DNA of 64,000 nucleotides, taken from NCBI GenBank assembly GCA_021732995.1, contig JAKFWA010000068.1:115099-179098 (forward strand), written 5' to 3'. The notes below the pieces were generated by a model, which saw nothing but the letters and a program-made list of their open reading frames with translations, had not been told where the DNA came from and ran no database searches. Shown here piece after piece: positions 39,601-48,626 of the stretch. The first letter of the stretch is position 1. Every line of letters starts with the position of its first letter. The translations under genes and the position numbers were made by a program. The DNA is from Planctomycetaceae bacterium (GTDB taxonomy: Bacteria > Planctomycetota > Planctomycetia > Planctomycetales > Planctomycetaceae).

Positions 39601-41023
39601 TCACGGCCGGCGGCGCGGCGAAGAGCGTCGCTTCGAAGCCTTCGGGCACTTTGACGTCCGCCATGCGACTTCGATCCGCCTCAGCTTTCGCGGCGAGCGG
39701 ATCGACTTTGACCTTCTCATCACCGAAGACCTGCAACTCCCACATGCTGACCCAACGACCGGGCAACGTGCCGGTGCAATGCACGCGGACGTAACGCGTC
39801 GTCGCGTCGAACTCGTGCGTCGACTTCGAGTCCTTGTAGTGCGAGTGATCAACGACCGGCTTCCAGCTCTTCGCATCGTCGGACGTTTCGACGGTGTAGG
39901 AGTAAGCCGCCTTGCGATCTTCCCAATCGATATTGCAGCCGGTGATATGCGTTGGCTTGCCGAGATCCACTTCGATCCACTGCGGGACGCTGCCGCCATC
40001 CGCACACCAGCGCGAGCCCTGTATTCCGTCAACAGCATTCTTCGCGTCGTTGCCCGCTTGTGTACTCGACACCTTGGTCGGCTTCTTCAACGCCAGGTTG
40101 ACCGGCACCCATTGAGCTTCGGAAGGCGCTACAGTTTTGAGGTAGGGTGATTGGGAGGGCGAGGCTCCCGCCAAGCCGTTGTTGGTATCTGCGCCTTTGC
40201 TCGTTCGCGGCTCGGCAGGAGCCTCGCCCTCCCGTGCGCTCGCTGCTTTGGAGTCTATCTCCAACTTCCCGCAAGCCCACAGCACGCCGCGCGTCAGCAG
40301 ATCCAGAAACTTCGGATCGCTGACTGTTTCGTTGTGATGCCCGAGCGTGGTGCCGAAGACGCGAGTCTTCTTCTCGCCGTACTCGTTGGTCCAGACGCAA
40401 ACTTCCTCATTGCCTTTCTCACGATTCTTGGCCGATGCCAGCGGATGTGCGGTCGGCCAGACTTTCTCGATCCAGTACAGCTCACCAGCGGGATTGGCCC
40501 AGCCTGCTCCCCAGCCACGCATGATGGGATGCTCGGCATCGCGGTTGAGCACTTCATGCGGATATGCCGCTCCGTGCTGTCGCGAGGTGACTCCGCAGAA
40601 CTTGAACCACTCATCCCGCCCATCGCGGTAGCAGTGCATTGCGCAGTGAATAACCACTGCCGGTAACCCGTCCTGATGCGGCTTCAGAATATTGTCGACC
40701 CACGCCTGATCTTTTACGTCCGCAAAGCATTCGTCATGAATGACAACATCAAATCCCTGGGACCAGTCCTTCGACTCATACAGCGGGATCTTCGAGTTCG
40801 TCGCTCCACCGCCCTGCCGCACGACGGTCACATCAATGTTCCCGCGCAACTGCAGCCCCTTGGCGATGATGTCCTTCTGAGCGTCATAGTCATGACAACA
40901 ACCGCCTGTGACGAGCAGTGCCTTGATGGGCTTTACACCACCCTCAGCCTTGTCGGCGGCGGACAGTGAGAACGCAGGAAACACGACGAACAGCACCGCC
41001 GCGAGCGCAGATGAAAGTTTCAT
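36647..41023 (-). CDS. PVC-type giant secreted protein: ThuA-like domain, F5/8 type C (discoidin) domain, beta-propeller (membrane-bound dehydrogenase type), HEAT/PBS-lyase repeats and C-terminal c-type cytochrome (CxxCH) domain
   Basis: Signal peptide. GGCCHDYDAQKD (ThuA-like). WCADGGSVPQWIEVDLGKP (discoidin). HEAT repeats such as DTNPRVRLESAVAIARL. C-terminal CNKCHTIKPDEPIRGPYL. Confidence 0.85.
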   Translation of the reverse strand: MKLSSALAAVLFVVFPAFSLSAADKAEGGVKPIKALLVTGGCCHDYDAQKDIIAKGLQLRGNIDVTVVRQGGGATNSKIPLYESKDWSQGFDVVIHDECFADVKDQAWVDNILKPHQDGLPAVVIHCAMHCYRDGRDEWFKFCGVTSRQHGAAYPHEVLNRDAEHPIMRGWGAGWANPAGELYWIEKVWPTAHPLASAKNREKGNEEVCVWTNEYGEKKTRVFGTTLGHHNETVSDPKFLDLLTRGVLWACGKLEIDSKAASAREGEAPAEPRTSKGADTNNGLAGASPSQSPYLKTVAPSEAQWVPVNLALKKPTKVSSTQAGNDAKNAVDGIQGSRWCADGGSVPQWIEVDLGKPTHITGCNIDWEDRKAAYSYTVETSDDAKSWKPVVDHSHYKDSKSTHEFDATTRYVRVHCTGTLPGRWVSMWELQVFGDEKVKVDPLAAKAEADRSRMADVKVPEGFEATLFAAPPAVSYPTFVAAAPDGVVYVSVDKNGSLDRQLKRGSVVRLRDVDGDGRADESKYFIPDVDSPRGLVWDHDRIYLMHPPHLSAFIDKDGDGISDEQKVLVKNIAFGFKDRPADHTSNGVTLGIDGWLYLAIGDFGFMQAEGTDGRKLQLRGGGVVRVRPDGTGLELYSNGTRNILEVAMDPLLNGFTRDNTNDGGGWDIRLHHFSGLEDHGYPRLYMNFGDEIIKPLADYGGGSGCGALFLDEPGFPKGFSPALYTADWGRSMVFRHEMTPNGATFKADQNEFLGLNRVTDLDVDANSTLYATSWKGATFTYNGEDVGSLIRLRPKGLKVDPLPDFNKASKAELVALLKSPSHRRRLDAQRSLLRKGVDDVTAAELRTLLLDTSLKLETRIAALFTLKQATDLSKANDMLAEAAKDEGLRPWAVRSLGDRGEQSRNVPVEPLVAGTNDTNPRVRLESAVAIARLNRADRAGAIVTLLSDADPVIVHTAVQSLIRLKASDACFAALDQTSAGDKLRVGALRALQSIHEGRVVDGLITRLAKESDAEKRQGLLVALCRLHFVDGVWKGNSWGTRPDTRGPYFQPEAWAETDKIAAALQRELDQADAEGTQFLATQLARHRIELKDGLKSLLAKVQTDARFTPSVVASIYRSGNLPPEAVAIVSKVATAPDSTAELRAQAVVALLKSSQPEALQTAIAGLEELQKVKQEATVSEAVNFFKEPATLNRHAKSLLALSAADSTSIWTDGGVLLLAEDRKKSKKNSNKDDAEEALAAAWFKPARRLKLLQAAEQFNARSQEDLVRNGLSDSNTDVATLAKKLAAAWKIAAAAPTGPKLSTLKPEEILAAVMKSKGDAARGEGVYAKLTCNKCHTIKPDEPIRGPYLPNVAKTYKREQLIESILLPSKTLAQGFVTNIFILNDGKSVVGFVTNEAADEVTIRNADGNEVKIKVEDIDERAKQAISVMPEGLVKDLTLDDFSSLIAFLESLASRATK

Positions 41024-41241
41024 GGAATCGGGTTACTCAACAAGAAAGGCTGCGATGAGATTGAGAATCGCGGGACGTCGAACTCCAATCACGCGGCTTT
41101 GGGACACGTGTTCGAGTCGTCGCCTCAGACTCTTCAGGCGGAAGTTTAGGCGGTTACTAGCAAGGATGTAGAGCATGGACGATGGACGTTTTCGGAGTCA
41201 CTGCGATCGCATCGCCGATTATCAATGCGAGGACCTCTCAC

Positions 41242-43071
41242 ATGCTGCGTCGATTGATTGCCATCGTGATGCTCCTGGTTGCTCAGTTTGCCCGCGCTGG
41301 TGGCGCTCCCGAGCAGGCTGTCATCGTCATAAACGGAGCGAGCGAGACGTCACGTCTGGTGGCGAATGAGTACCGTGTTGCTCGCCAGATTCCGGGTCGG
41401 CATGTGATTGAAGTGACGGGGCTATCCAATCTGGAGCAGATCGGCGTTGAAGAGTTTCGTGAGCGGATTCTGAAGCCCGTGTTGGGTGAGATCGAAAGCC
41501 GGGGGCTGACGCCGCAGATTGATTACTTGCTGTATTCAGCGGATATCCCGACGGCGATTGATGTCACGGCGGACATCGGCGAACGCAAGCTGCCGCGAGT
41601 GATTACGCCGCTGGCGTCGATCAACGGGCTGACGTTCCTGCATCAATTCGTGCTGGAAAAGGATCTTACGTACCTCGATTTGAATGTGAACTTCTATGCG
41701 CGACGGGCGGGGCCGAAGAGTCGAGACACGATCTGGGACGAAGCAGATACGCGCCGCTATGCGGATATGCTGCAGAAGTTGCAGGCGATCGAGTCAGCTC
41801 GCAAAGACACCAAGCCGGATGATTCAAAGGACAGCGCACAGCCAGCAACTCCAGAGTTGAAAGACGTTGCTTCCGCGCTACAGGACTTGCGAACGCGACA
41901 TCCGCTGTCGGGAGATCTGCTTTACAACCTGACGTGTGTGCTGGCGGCTCAAGGGGAGCAGGAGACAGCTCTCAAGACTTTGAACGAAGCCGTTGATGCC
42001 GGTTGGGCGAACCATCGGCATGCGCTTCGGGACAACGATCTGAAACCACTGCGCGCAAACGAGGAGTTTCAAAAACTCATCGAACGCATGAAGACCATTC
42101 CCGTCGAGACGCAGCCGAGCATCGGCTTTCGCTCAAACGTGGGTTGGACAGCGACGGGCGCGGTGTCGCCGAAGATCGGAAAACCGGCTGCCGAAGCTGG
42201 ACCTCGTTATCTGCTGTCGACGGTGCTGGCCGTCACACAAGGCCGTGGCCTCACCGCGAAGGAGTCCATTGAAGGGCTGCAACGCAGCGTGCAGGCAGAT
42301 CGAACTCGGCCGAAGGGTACGATCTACTTCGAGCAGAATGGCGACATCCGTTCGACGACTCGCGAATGGGCGTTTCGCAGTGCTGCCGCCAAGCTGGAGT
42401 CGCTCGGGCTGAAAGCGGTCATCGAATCCGGAGTCCTGCCGCAGCAACGTGACGACGTGGCCGGCGGCGTCATCGGCATCGCCGACTTCGACTGGCCCAA
42501 GAGCGGCAGCAAGATCCTGCCCGGTGCGATTGTGGAACACCTCACCAGCTTTGGCGGTGTGATGAAAGCCGGAGCAGGCCAAACGCCTCTCACCGAATTC
42601 CTGCGTCACGGCGCAGCGGGTTCATCGGGCACCGTAACGGAGCCGTTCGCCATCCAAGCCAAGTTCCCGTCACCTTTCATCCACGTACATTATGCGGAAG
42701 GCTGCTCGCTGGCCGAGGCCTTCTATCAATCGGTCACGGGGCCTTATCAATTGCTAATCGTCGGCGATGCTCTGTGCCAGCCCTGGGCGAAAGATCTGCA
42801 AGTGAAGCTCGAAGGCCTCCCAGAATCCGGTGAGGTCTCCGGCAAACTGCAGCTGACGGCGACAACCACATCAAAAGACGGCATTGAAGTCGCTGCGTTC
42901 GAACTGTTCATCGACGGACGACGGCATCAAGTCTGTCGCGCGGGCGATCCAATCGAACTCGACCTGACCGGCATCGCTGCAGGCCCTCACGAACTCAGTT
43001 GCGTGGCTATCGGCAAGGACGCCGTCCTGACGACCGGCCGCTGGGCACGCACGGTCAACGTGAGAGACTGA
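41242..43071 (+). CDS. Secreted hypothetical protein (610 aa)
   Basis: Start taken at MLRRLIAIVMLLVAQFARAGGAPEQA, a signal peptide. Confidence 0.6.
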   Translation: MLRRLIAIVMLLVAQFARAGGAPEQAVIVINGASETSRLVANEYRVARQIPGRHVIEVTGLSNLEQIGVEEFRERILKPVLGEIESRGLTPQIDYLLYSADIPTAIDVTADIGERKLPRVITPLASINGLTFLHQFVLEKDLTYLDLNVNFYARRAGPKSRDTIWDEADTRRYADMLQKLQAIESARKDTKPDDSKDSAQPATPELKDVASALQDLRTRHPLSGDLLYNLTCVLAAQGEQETALKTLNEAVDAGWANHRHALRDNDLKPLRANEEFQKLIERMKTIPVETQPSIGFRSNVGWTATGAVSPKIGKPAAEAGPRYLLSTVLAVTQGRGLTAKESIEGLQRSVQADRTRPKGTIYFEQNGDIRSTTREWAFRSAAAKLESLGLKAVIESGVLPQQRDDVAGGVIGIADFDWPKSGSKILPGAIVEHLTSFGGVMKAGAGQTPLTEFLRHGAAGSSGTVTEPFAIQAKFPSPFIHVHYAEGCSLAEAFYQSVTGPYQLLIVGDALCQPWAKDLQVKLEGLPESGEVSGKLQLTATTTSKDGIEVAAFELFIDGRRHQVCRAGDPIELDLTGIAAGPHELSCVAIGKDAVLTTGRWARTVNVRD

Positions 43072-43374
43072 AAGGCACCGCCGGGATGTGATCATTGTTC
43101 GCTGCGAGAAATTCAAACGCGAACGCATCAGTTTGTGCTGAGTTAGCGACTTCCCGTTCGACTGCTGGTGTATTCCTGGGCAGGCTGTTGAACTTTGTGG
43201 ATCGCGCCGACTTGGCGGCCGCCGCAAGGTTTCGCCAATCGCTGAAATCCGTGAACTGCCGTCAATAGTCGGTTCAACTTGCGAGAGTCGCGGGCGCGCT
43301 GGCTCGAACCGGGAATAGACTGCAGTGCGCGCTCGGTGCGCGCGATGCCTGGTCTCGCCTCTGGTTGGGTCATC

Positions 43375-45189
43375 ATGCGACTTCTGCTGCAGCGGCTTCT
43401 GATCGTGGTCCTCGCCGTCGTGACAACGCTGGCTGTGGGCAACGCTGATGATGCGCCGTCAACTCCGATGCAGAAGCCGCATCCGAATCCTGATAGTCGC
43501 GGTCGCAATACGGCTGTGGCGCTCAACTACTGCCGCGCGTCGTTTCATCGCATCCGCCGCTATCAGTCCAAACGAGTGCTCATTGAAGAGCAGGAAAAGA
43601 TCCTCAACAACCTGAACCTCAACGGTATCGGAGATGAAGAGGTCATCAAGCTATACTCGTCGGTGCTGGATGAGATCAGCCGCACGCAGATTGCTGATCG
43701 CGAAATGGCGTTTCTGCAGGACAAATTCAAGAAGGGCCTGCAGCGTCAGGTTGGGGCTTCGGTGCTGACGATGGGCACCCAGATGGCGTTGTGCTCGGTC
43801 GAAGGCGCGGTCCGGACCGGCGTCAATAGTTGGCTGGATTACCGCGACCTCTCCTGGTCGCGTGAGCTCGATGTCTGGAAGGTCGACAAGGACCGGATGC
43901 AGGCGGTTGTTGAGAAGTCGACCAGCTTCCTCGACACGTTCTGGAAGCTGGCTCAGAAGAACAATATCCCGGACCGCTGGCTCGTCCGTGGTGACGATCT
44001 GGACGCGCTTGAAGAGGCGGTGCGCGAGCCTGAACCGGAGAAGCGGCTGCGCATCCTGCGACGGATGGAACCGTTTATGGAGTGCTACCCGCCCTACTGG
44101 TACTACGTCGCGCGAGCGTTGCAAACGAGGGGTCAGGCTCAGGAAGCTGCCGTCGTTTACAATCGAGTGGCGGACCTCGCCTACGGCCATTTCCGCAAGG
44201 ATGACATGCTGGCCGCGTCACTGGCCAATCGCGCCATCATTCAGGAATACCTCAAAGACGAAAACGCAGTCCGGTCTGCAGAAGAGTCGCTGGCCCACTC
44301 GGCAGGCGTGTGGGAAGCGAATCTGATGTGTGCTCACGTGCTGGAACGGCACGGACAGATCCAGCAGGCAGAAGACGCGATCTTACGAAATCTTGATGTC
44401 GATCTCGAACGCCCTAGCAGCGCGCTGGCGCTGCTGAGTCTTTACTATCGGAACAGCCGCCACGACGGGATCGTCCGCATGCTGGAGTCGGAAGAGCTCC
44501 TGGCGGTTCTGCCTGTTCAGAACGTGCTGCAGTGTGCGGAGAAGATCGGCGCCGAACGCGTGCCAGTCGGAACAGTGGTCAAGCTGCGCGAGTCTTTGTC
44601 GGTTTCCACAGAGCCACGTTTCGGACTGGACGACGTCAACCTGACGTGCGATGCCAACTGGCTCGCCCACACCGCCCGGATTCGATACCTGACTCCCGGA
44701 GCGAATGGACCACCTCAGTACGCAGAGCTGCCTCCGTCCTCACAGAGCCCTGCAGGTGATTTAAACACCCGTTTTCGGTCTGCGATTGAAGCAGGACATG
44801 CGCTGAACCCCGCAAACAATGCGTTGCAAGGCACCGTTTTGAGTTTCCACTACCCCAGCCAGACTCCAGATGCACAGCCTATCGTGGTGGTCTTGGGAAA
44901 TTCCGTCGCCAAACGCAACTCGAAGTCTGCCCCGCGCGGCATCTCAGCCTCTCCGGCCGAAGTGCGAATTGGCGAGTTTCGCCTGAGGCTGCAAACAGAA
45001 GTTCCAGTGGCTCTCGCACCTCCGCCCGAGCAGGTTGCCGAACGCAAACCAGACGCCAGCCCCTCGCCCGAACGTCGCGGTCCCAAAGCTCGCATTCTGG
45101 ACATCATCCCGCTGCCTCAAACTGGCTTGTCTGGCCCGCAGAAGCAGACCACTCCACCACCGCCGGAAGCGAGCGGCGCTTCGCCCTGA
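43375..45189 (+). CDS. Secreted hypothetical protein with Pro-rich C-terminus
   Basis: Start taken at MRLLLQRLLIVVLAVVTTLAVGNA. Confidence 0.6.
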   Translation: MRLLLQRLLIVVLAVVTTLAVGNADDAPSTPMQKPHPNPDSRGRNTAVALNYCRASFHRIRRYQSKRVLIEEQEKILNNLNLNGIGDEEVIKLYSSVLDEISRTQIADREMAFLQDKFKKGLQRQVGASVLTMGTQMALCSVEGAVRTGVNSWLDYRDLSWSRELDVWKVDKDRMQAVVEKSTSFLDTFWKLAQKNNIPDRWLVRGDDLDALEEAVREPEPEKRLRILRRMEPFMECYPPYWYYVARALQTRGQAQEAAVVYNRVADLAYGHFRKDDMLAASLANRAIIQEYLKDENAVRSAEESLAHSAGVWEANLMCAHVLERHGQIQQAEDAILRNLDVDLERPSSALALLSLYYRNSRHDGIVRMLESEELLAVLPVQNVLQCAEKIGAERVPVGTVVKLRESLSVSTEPRFGLDDVNLTCDANWLAHTARIRYLTPGANGPPQYAELPPSSQSPAGDLNTRFRSAIEAGHALNPANNALQGTVLSFHYPSQTPDAQPIVVVLGNSVAKRNSKSAPRGISASPAEVRIGEFRLRLQTEVPVALAPPPEQVAERKPDASPSPERRGPKARILDIIPLPQTGLSGPQKQTTPPPPEASGASP

Positions 45190-45545
45190 TCTCTTGAGCC
45201 GCCGAAACCTGCCCTGCAATCGCCGCTCGTCTTCGCCGCTGGCTGCTTTCTGATTGGGCCCAGTTTACCATCCAACACCCGCAGCGATTCAAACTCGACG
45301 CGAGGCAGGATCTCAGCCACCATTTGCCGTAAGCCAATATGCTGATGTAGCTTGCATGGATCATGCGTAACTTTCGCGGGTGCTGAACTTGCCGTTACAG
45401 TCGTCAAAGTCGGAATATTTTCACAAGTTTCCCTCAGTCCGCGAACGATACATACACCGAACATTCTTCGGATGAGGAATGCGGAATCGTTCTTCCGAGT
45501 CGTTCTGGTTCGTCTGGAGCCAGTCGATTCTGACATCGGACCGAG

Positions 45546-46124
45546 GTGAAGCAGATGAAACGGATGTCTCTCTTTGCGGTTCTCGCACTGCTGGTCATCA
45601 GCACGTCGGGCTGCGTGGCGGTCAAGGATGTGGTCGTCAACTCCCTGATCTTCTCCGAGTTCTGGGGCACCACACCGCTGATTCCCGTCAGTCCTTATTA
45701 CAGCCAACTGATCGAAGACACCTACCACGAAGAAGAGCGCTACAGCAAAGTGCCGGTGCTCGACGCGGTGGAAGGTGAAAACGCCCCTCTGTACTGCCTG
45801 GATCCACCAAGCCCGGACGAAGTCATCCGCGCGTTGCCAGCCAGCGAAAAGGGAGCTGGCGGGTTCGCGTTCCTGGCGGAAACGAGCCTGAACAACGTTC
45901 GCATGGTGATTGAGCCAATCGTCGATCGCGTGGACGAATGCCGGTTCTACCCGCTAGTCGGCCCAGCTCGCCTGCATCACTGCCACTACAAGTGCACGAT
46001 TTATTATGACAAGAGCATCCGATCGAACTGGCCAGTGCCGTTCACTCACACCGATCAGAGCCAGGAAGTGGTCTACATCGACCACGATCATCTGATCCGC
46101 TGCACGTCGCTCGCTGGTCAGTAA
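45546..46124 (+). CDS. Lipoprotein, hypothetical
   Basis: MKQMKRMSLFAVLALLVISTSGC lipobox-like signal. Confidence 0.6.
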   Translation: MKQMKRMSLFAVLALLVISTSGCVAVKDVVVNSLIFSEFWGTTPLIPVSPYYSQLIEDTYHEEERYSKVPVLDAVEGENAPLYCLDPPSPDEVIRALPASEKGAGGFAFLAETSLNNVRMVIEPIVDRVDECRFYPLVGPARLHHCHYKCTIYYDKSIRSNWPVPFTHTDQSQEVVYIDHDHLIRCTSLAGQ

Positions 46125-46148
46125 GCGGTTGAGCATCCGAAGATCTTT

Positions 46149-46183
46149 GAAAGCCCGATGGTTATGCCATCGGGCTTTTTTTG
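46149..46183 (+). terminator. Rho-independent terminator after the lipoprotein gene
   Basis: AAAGCCCGATGG-TTATG-CCATCGGGCTTT followed by TTTTTTGTT. Confidence 0.7.
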
Positions 46184-46618
46184 TTACCGGAACGGTTTAC
46201 AGTGCCAGTAGCAGTGTCAGCGATTGGAAACAGGTCGCGAGAAACATCGCCCGCCAAATCGCCCTGCTTGCCCAAGCTCACCAAAGAATGCAGCAATGGC
46301 TGCCGGCAGCCCGCATCACCTGACATCCCGTCGAGACAGCGATCAGAAGCCTTTCCGGGAACGCCTTTCAATCCGATCGAACCTGTTCTGGCTCGCTAAT
46401 GTCGCGCCTACCGGAGTCGGGAACAGCGCCAACGTTGTAAACCACGGGTAGCGCAGGACTTTGAACTTCGACCTAAATCCCGCTGTTTTACCGGGAAGTC
46501 CGAGGTGGCACGAGCTGTGCATTAGGAGTGGGCCAGCAGGCTGTCTGTTTGCGCTGGGATGTCTGCAGCTTCCAGCGCGGCGTCTGTTACGTCCACCCTA
46601 ATGACAAGGAGAGGTTCG

Positions 46619-46963
46619 ATGCGAAATCTTGCGATGCGACTGTGGCAAGATGATGCTGGTTTCGTCGTGTCGACGGAACTGGTCCTCATTGCCACAATCA
46701 TCGTCCTCGGCGCCCTCGTTGGTCAGGCCACACTGCGTGACGCAGTGATCTCGGAACTGGCTGACACCGCCGAATCGATTAACGAGCTCAATCAGAGCTA
46801 CTCGTTCTCAACCGTGACTGGACACTCCAGCTCGGTGACCGGCACCGTCTTCGCTGACGTTGCTGACTTCTGCGAAGGTCTCGGTACCGATGGTCAACAG
46901 GGCACCGCTGGCAACGGCCATTGCGTGAACCTGACTGTCACCGTCGGAACGATCGACGGCTAG
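46619..46963 (+). CDS. Atypical Flp/type-IV-like prepilin 1 (114 aa)
   Basis: Strong SD AAGGAGAGG 7 nt before the ATG at 46619. Leader MRNLAMRLWQDDAG followed by FVVSTELVLIATIIVLGALVG (Gly-Phe junction, acidic residue at +6, hydrophobic helix). Confidence 0.55.
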   Translation: MRNLAMRLWQDDAGFVVSTELVLIATIIVLGALVGQATLRDAVISELADTAESINELNQSYSFSTVTGHSSSVTGTVFADVADFCEGLGTDGQQGTAGNGHCVNLTVTVGTIDG

Positions 46964-47032
46964 TCCGAGCGTCGATCTGTGCGAAAAAACGGGCCGTCCG
47001 CCGATACTCGTGCCCCCGATGCGGCGGGCCTT

Positions 47033-47067
47033 CCACCAGCGGGGGGAACTGTTCCCCCCTCTGGTGG
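47033..47067 (+). terminator. GC-rich hairpin between the two pilin-like genes (possible attenuator)
   Basis: CCACCAGC-GGGGGG-AACTGTT-CCCCCC-TCTGGTGG followed by TTTCGC. Confidence 0.4.
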
Positions 47068-47135
47068 TTTCGCATGGAACTCCGTTTGCAGGCTCGACGC
47101 TCGGCGTCCGAGCCTTTTCGCATTCATGAAACAGT

Positions 47136-47465
47136 TTGAGGTTGTCTGTGTCGTCACGCAGTCTTACCCATCGACTTTGGCGGGATGAAGCCGGTTTCCT
47201 TTCGGCCACCGACTACATCCTGGCAACAACGATACTCACGTTCGGCGCCATCGTGGGATTGGTGACTCTGCGCGACGCGGTGATCCAGGAGTTTGGTGAC
47301 GTGGCAGTGGCATTGGAGTTTCTGCCGCAAACTTACTCTGTGACGATCACTCTGAAGAACGGCTCGATGAAATCCTTCGGTTACACAGATACAAATTCTC
47401 TCACAGATCCTGTTGGCCAGGCACCGGCGGGGATCAATCTGTCATTGCCGCCCAATCAGGAATAG
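47136..47465 (+). CDS. Atypical Flp/type-IV-like prepilin 2 (109 aa), paralogue of prepilin 1
   Basis: Leader MRLSVSSRSLTHRLWRDEAG followed by FLSATDYILATTILTFGAIVGLVTLRDAV. It shares RLW[QR]D[DE]AGF...LRDAV with prepilin 1. Confidence 0.5.
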   Translation: MRLSVSSRSLTHRLWRDEAGFLSATDYILATTILTFGAIVGLVTLRDAVIQEFGDVAVALEFLPQTYSVTITLKNGSMKSFGYTDTNSLTDPVGQAPAGINLSLPPNQE

Positions 47466-47474
47466 AGGCTCGCG

Positions 47475-48605
47475 ATGTCGCGTATCACTCCAGGGACGAT
47501 GACGGTTGTTCTGTTCGCATTGCTGGTTGGCCTGGGCGGGGCATACGTCGTCAGGCACCACATTTCCGACCAAATAATCGTCTCATCGCCATCTCGTTCG
47601 CTGCCAGTGCGAAATGAGCAGGTCATTGTGCCGGTGGCACTGACCGACCTTGAACCAGGACGGGTTGTTGCCATCGGCGACATCGGTTTGGTTCGCATGA
47701 GCCAGGACGACTACAAGAAGAGTCGTTACTTCAATACGACTTACATGGCTACGCCCGACCAGATTGCGGGCCGTACTCTGAAGTCCGCCATGAAGAAAGA
47801 AGCGGTCTTCTCGCCCGAGGATCTGTATCCGGCAGGCAGTGCTCCTGGCATTGCTGAGCGCCTGGAAGCTGGTTACCGGGCCGTTTCGGTGCCATTGAAA
47901 AACGTTGGCGCCGTGCACGGTTTCGCCCGACCGGGATCTTACGTCGATGTCATGTTCCGTTCGGCTCCGGCAGGTTCGCGGCCTCAAGTGACGATGACCC
48001 TGTTTGAGCGCGTTCAGGTTCTTGCGATCAACAGCAATGTCGTCAAAGATCAGCGAGTCGATCTCAACGCGGACGGCACCGTCACTCTGGCTGTCACTCC
48101 GACGCAGGCGAAGCTCCTGAAGGTCGTCGAAGGCAACGGCGAAGTGTCACTCGCCTTGCGTCGTGAAGATGACGAATTTCAGTTCATTCCTTTCGATCCA
48201 GCACTTGAAAAATCCCTTTCGCAGCTCGGCATCGATACATCGGCCATGCGAAATGTGAGCTACCCGACCAGCACGACATCGACAGCTTCCAAGACCTCGA
48301 AGCGCGGTATGGCGGCTGATGCGGACAGCATCGACGGTGTGGATCGCGTCATCGGCAATTCTGCGGAGCGAGTCACGATGGATGACTTGATCGGTTTCAG
48401 TGCCGAGCCGGAGAAGACCAGCATGGAAGTCTACTACGGTCGCTCTAAAGAAGTTCTGACGTTTGAGGCCTCTGACGAGCCCGCACTGGAGACGCTTCGA
48501 CGCGGCGGTCGAATCCGAACTCCGATTGTGGATCACCCCCTGCTTCGCAAGAAGCCAATCGGCACCGCTGCTGTTGGTAAGCCGAGTGCCGCTGGTCAGA
48601 ACTAG
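47475..48605 (+). CDS. cpaB: CpaB/RcpC-family Flp pilus assembly protein
   Basis: N-terminal TM helix, SAF-like segment VPVALTDLEPGRVVAIGDIGLV, and a CpaB C-terminal domain. Confidence 0.75.
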   Translation: MSRITPGTMTVVLFALLVGLGGAYVVRHHISDQIIVSSPSRSLPVRNEQVIVPVALTDLEPGRVVAIGDIGLVRMSQDDYKKSRYFNTTYMATPDQIAGRTLKSAMKKEAVFSPEDLYPAGSAPGIAERLEAGYRAVSVPLKNVGAVHGFARPGSYVDVMFRSAPAGSRPQVTMTLFERVQVLAINSNVVKDQRVDLNADGTVTLAVTPTQAKLLKVVEGNGEVSLALRREDDEFQFIPFDPALEKSLSQLGIDTSAMRNVSYPTSTTSTASKTSKRGMAADADSIDGVDRVIGNSAERVTMDDLIGFSAEPEKTSMEVYYGRSKEVLTFEASDEPALETLRRGGRIRTPIVDHPLLRKKPIGTAAVGKPSAAGQN

Positions 48606-48626
48606 TTGCCGGTCAGGACATCTCTC

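Noticed and set aside
36647-41023. Many 60-200-aa ORFs on both strands inside the giant PVC gene (e.g. 38816-39433 plus, 40029-40400 minus)
   Set aside because: Frame artefacts of a long high-GC gene, nested in or antisense to a coherent 1458-aa multidomain protein.
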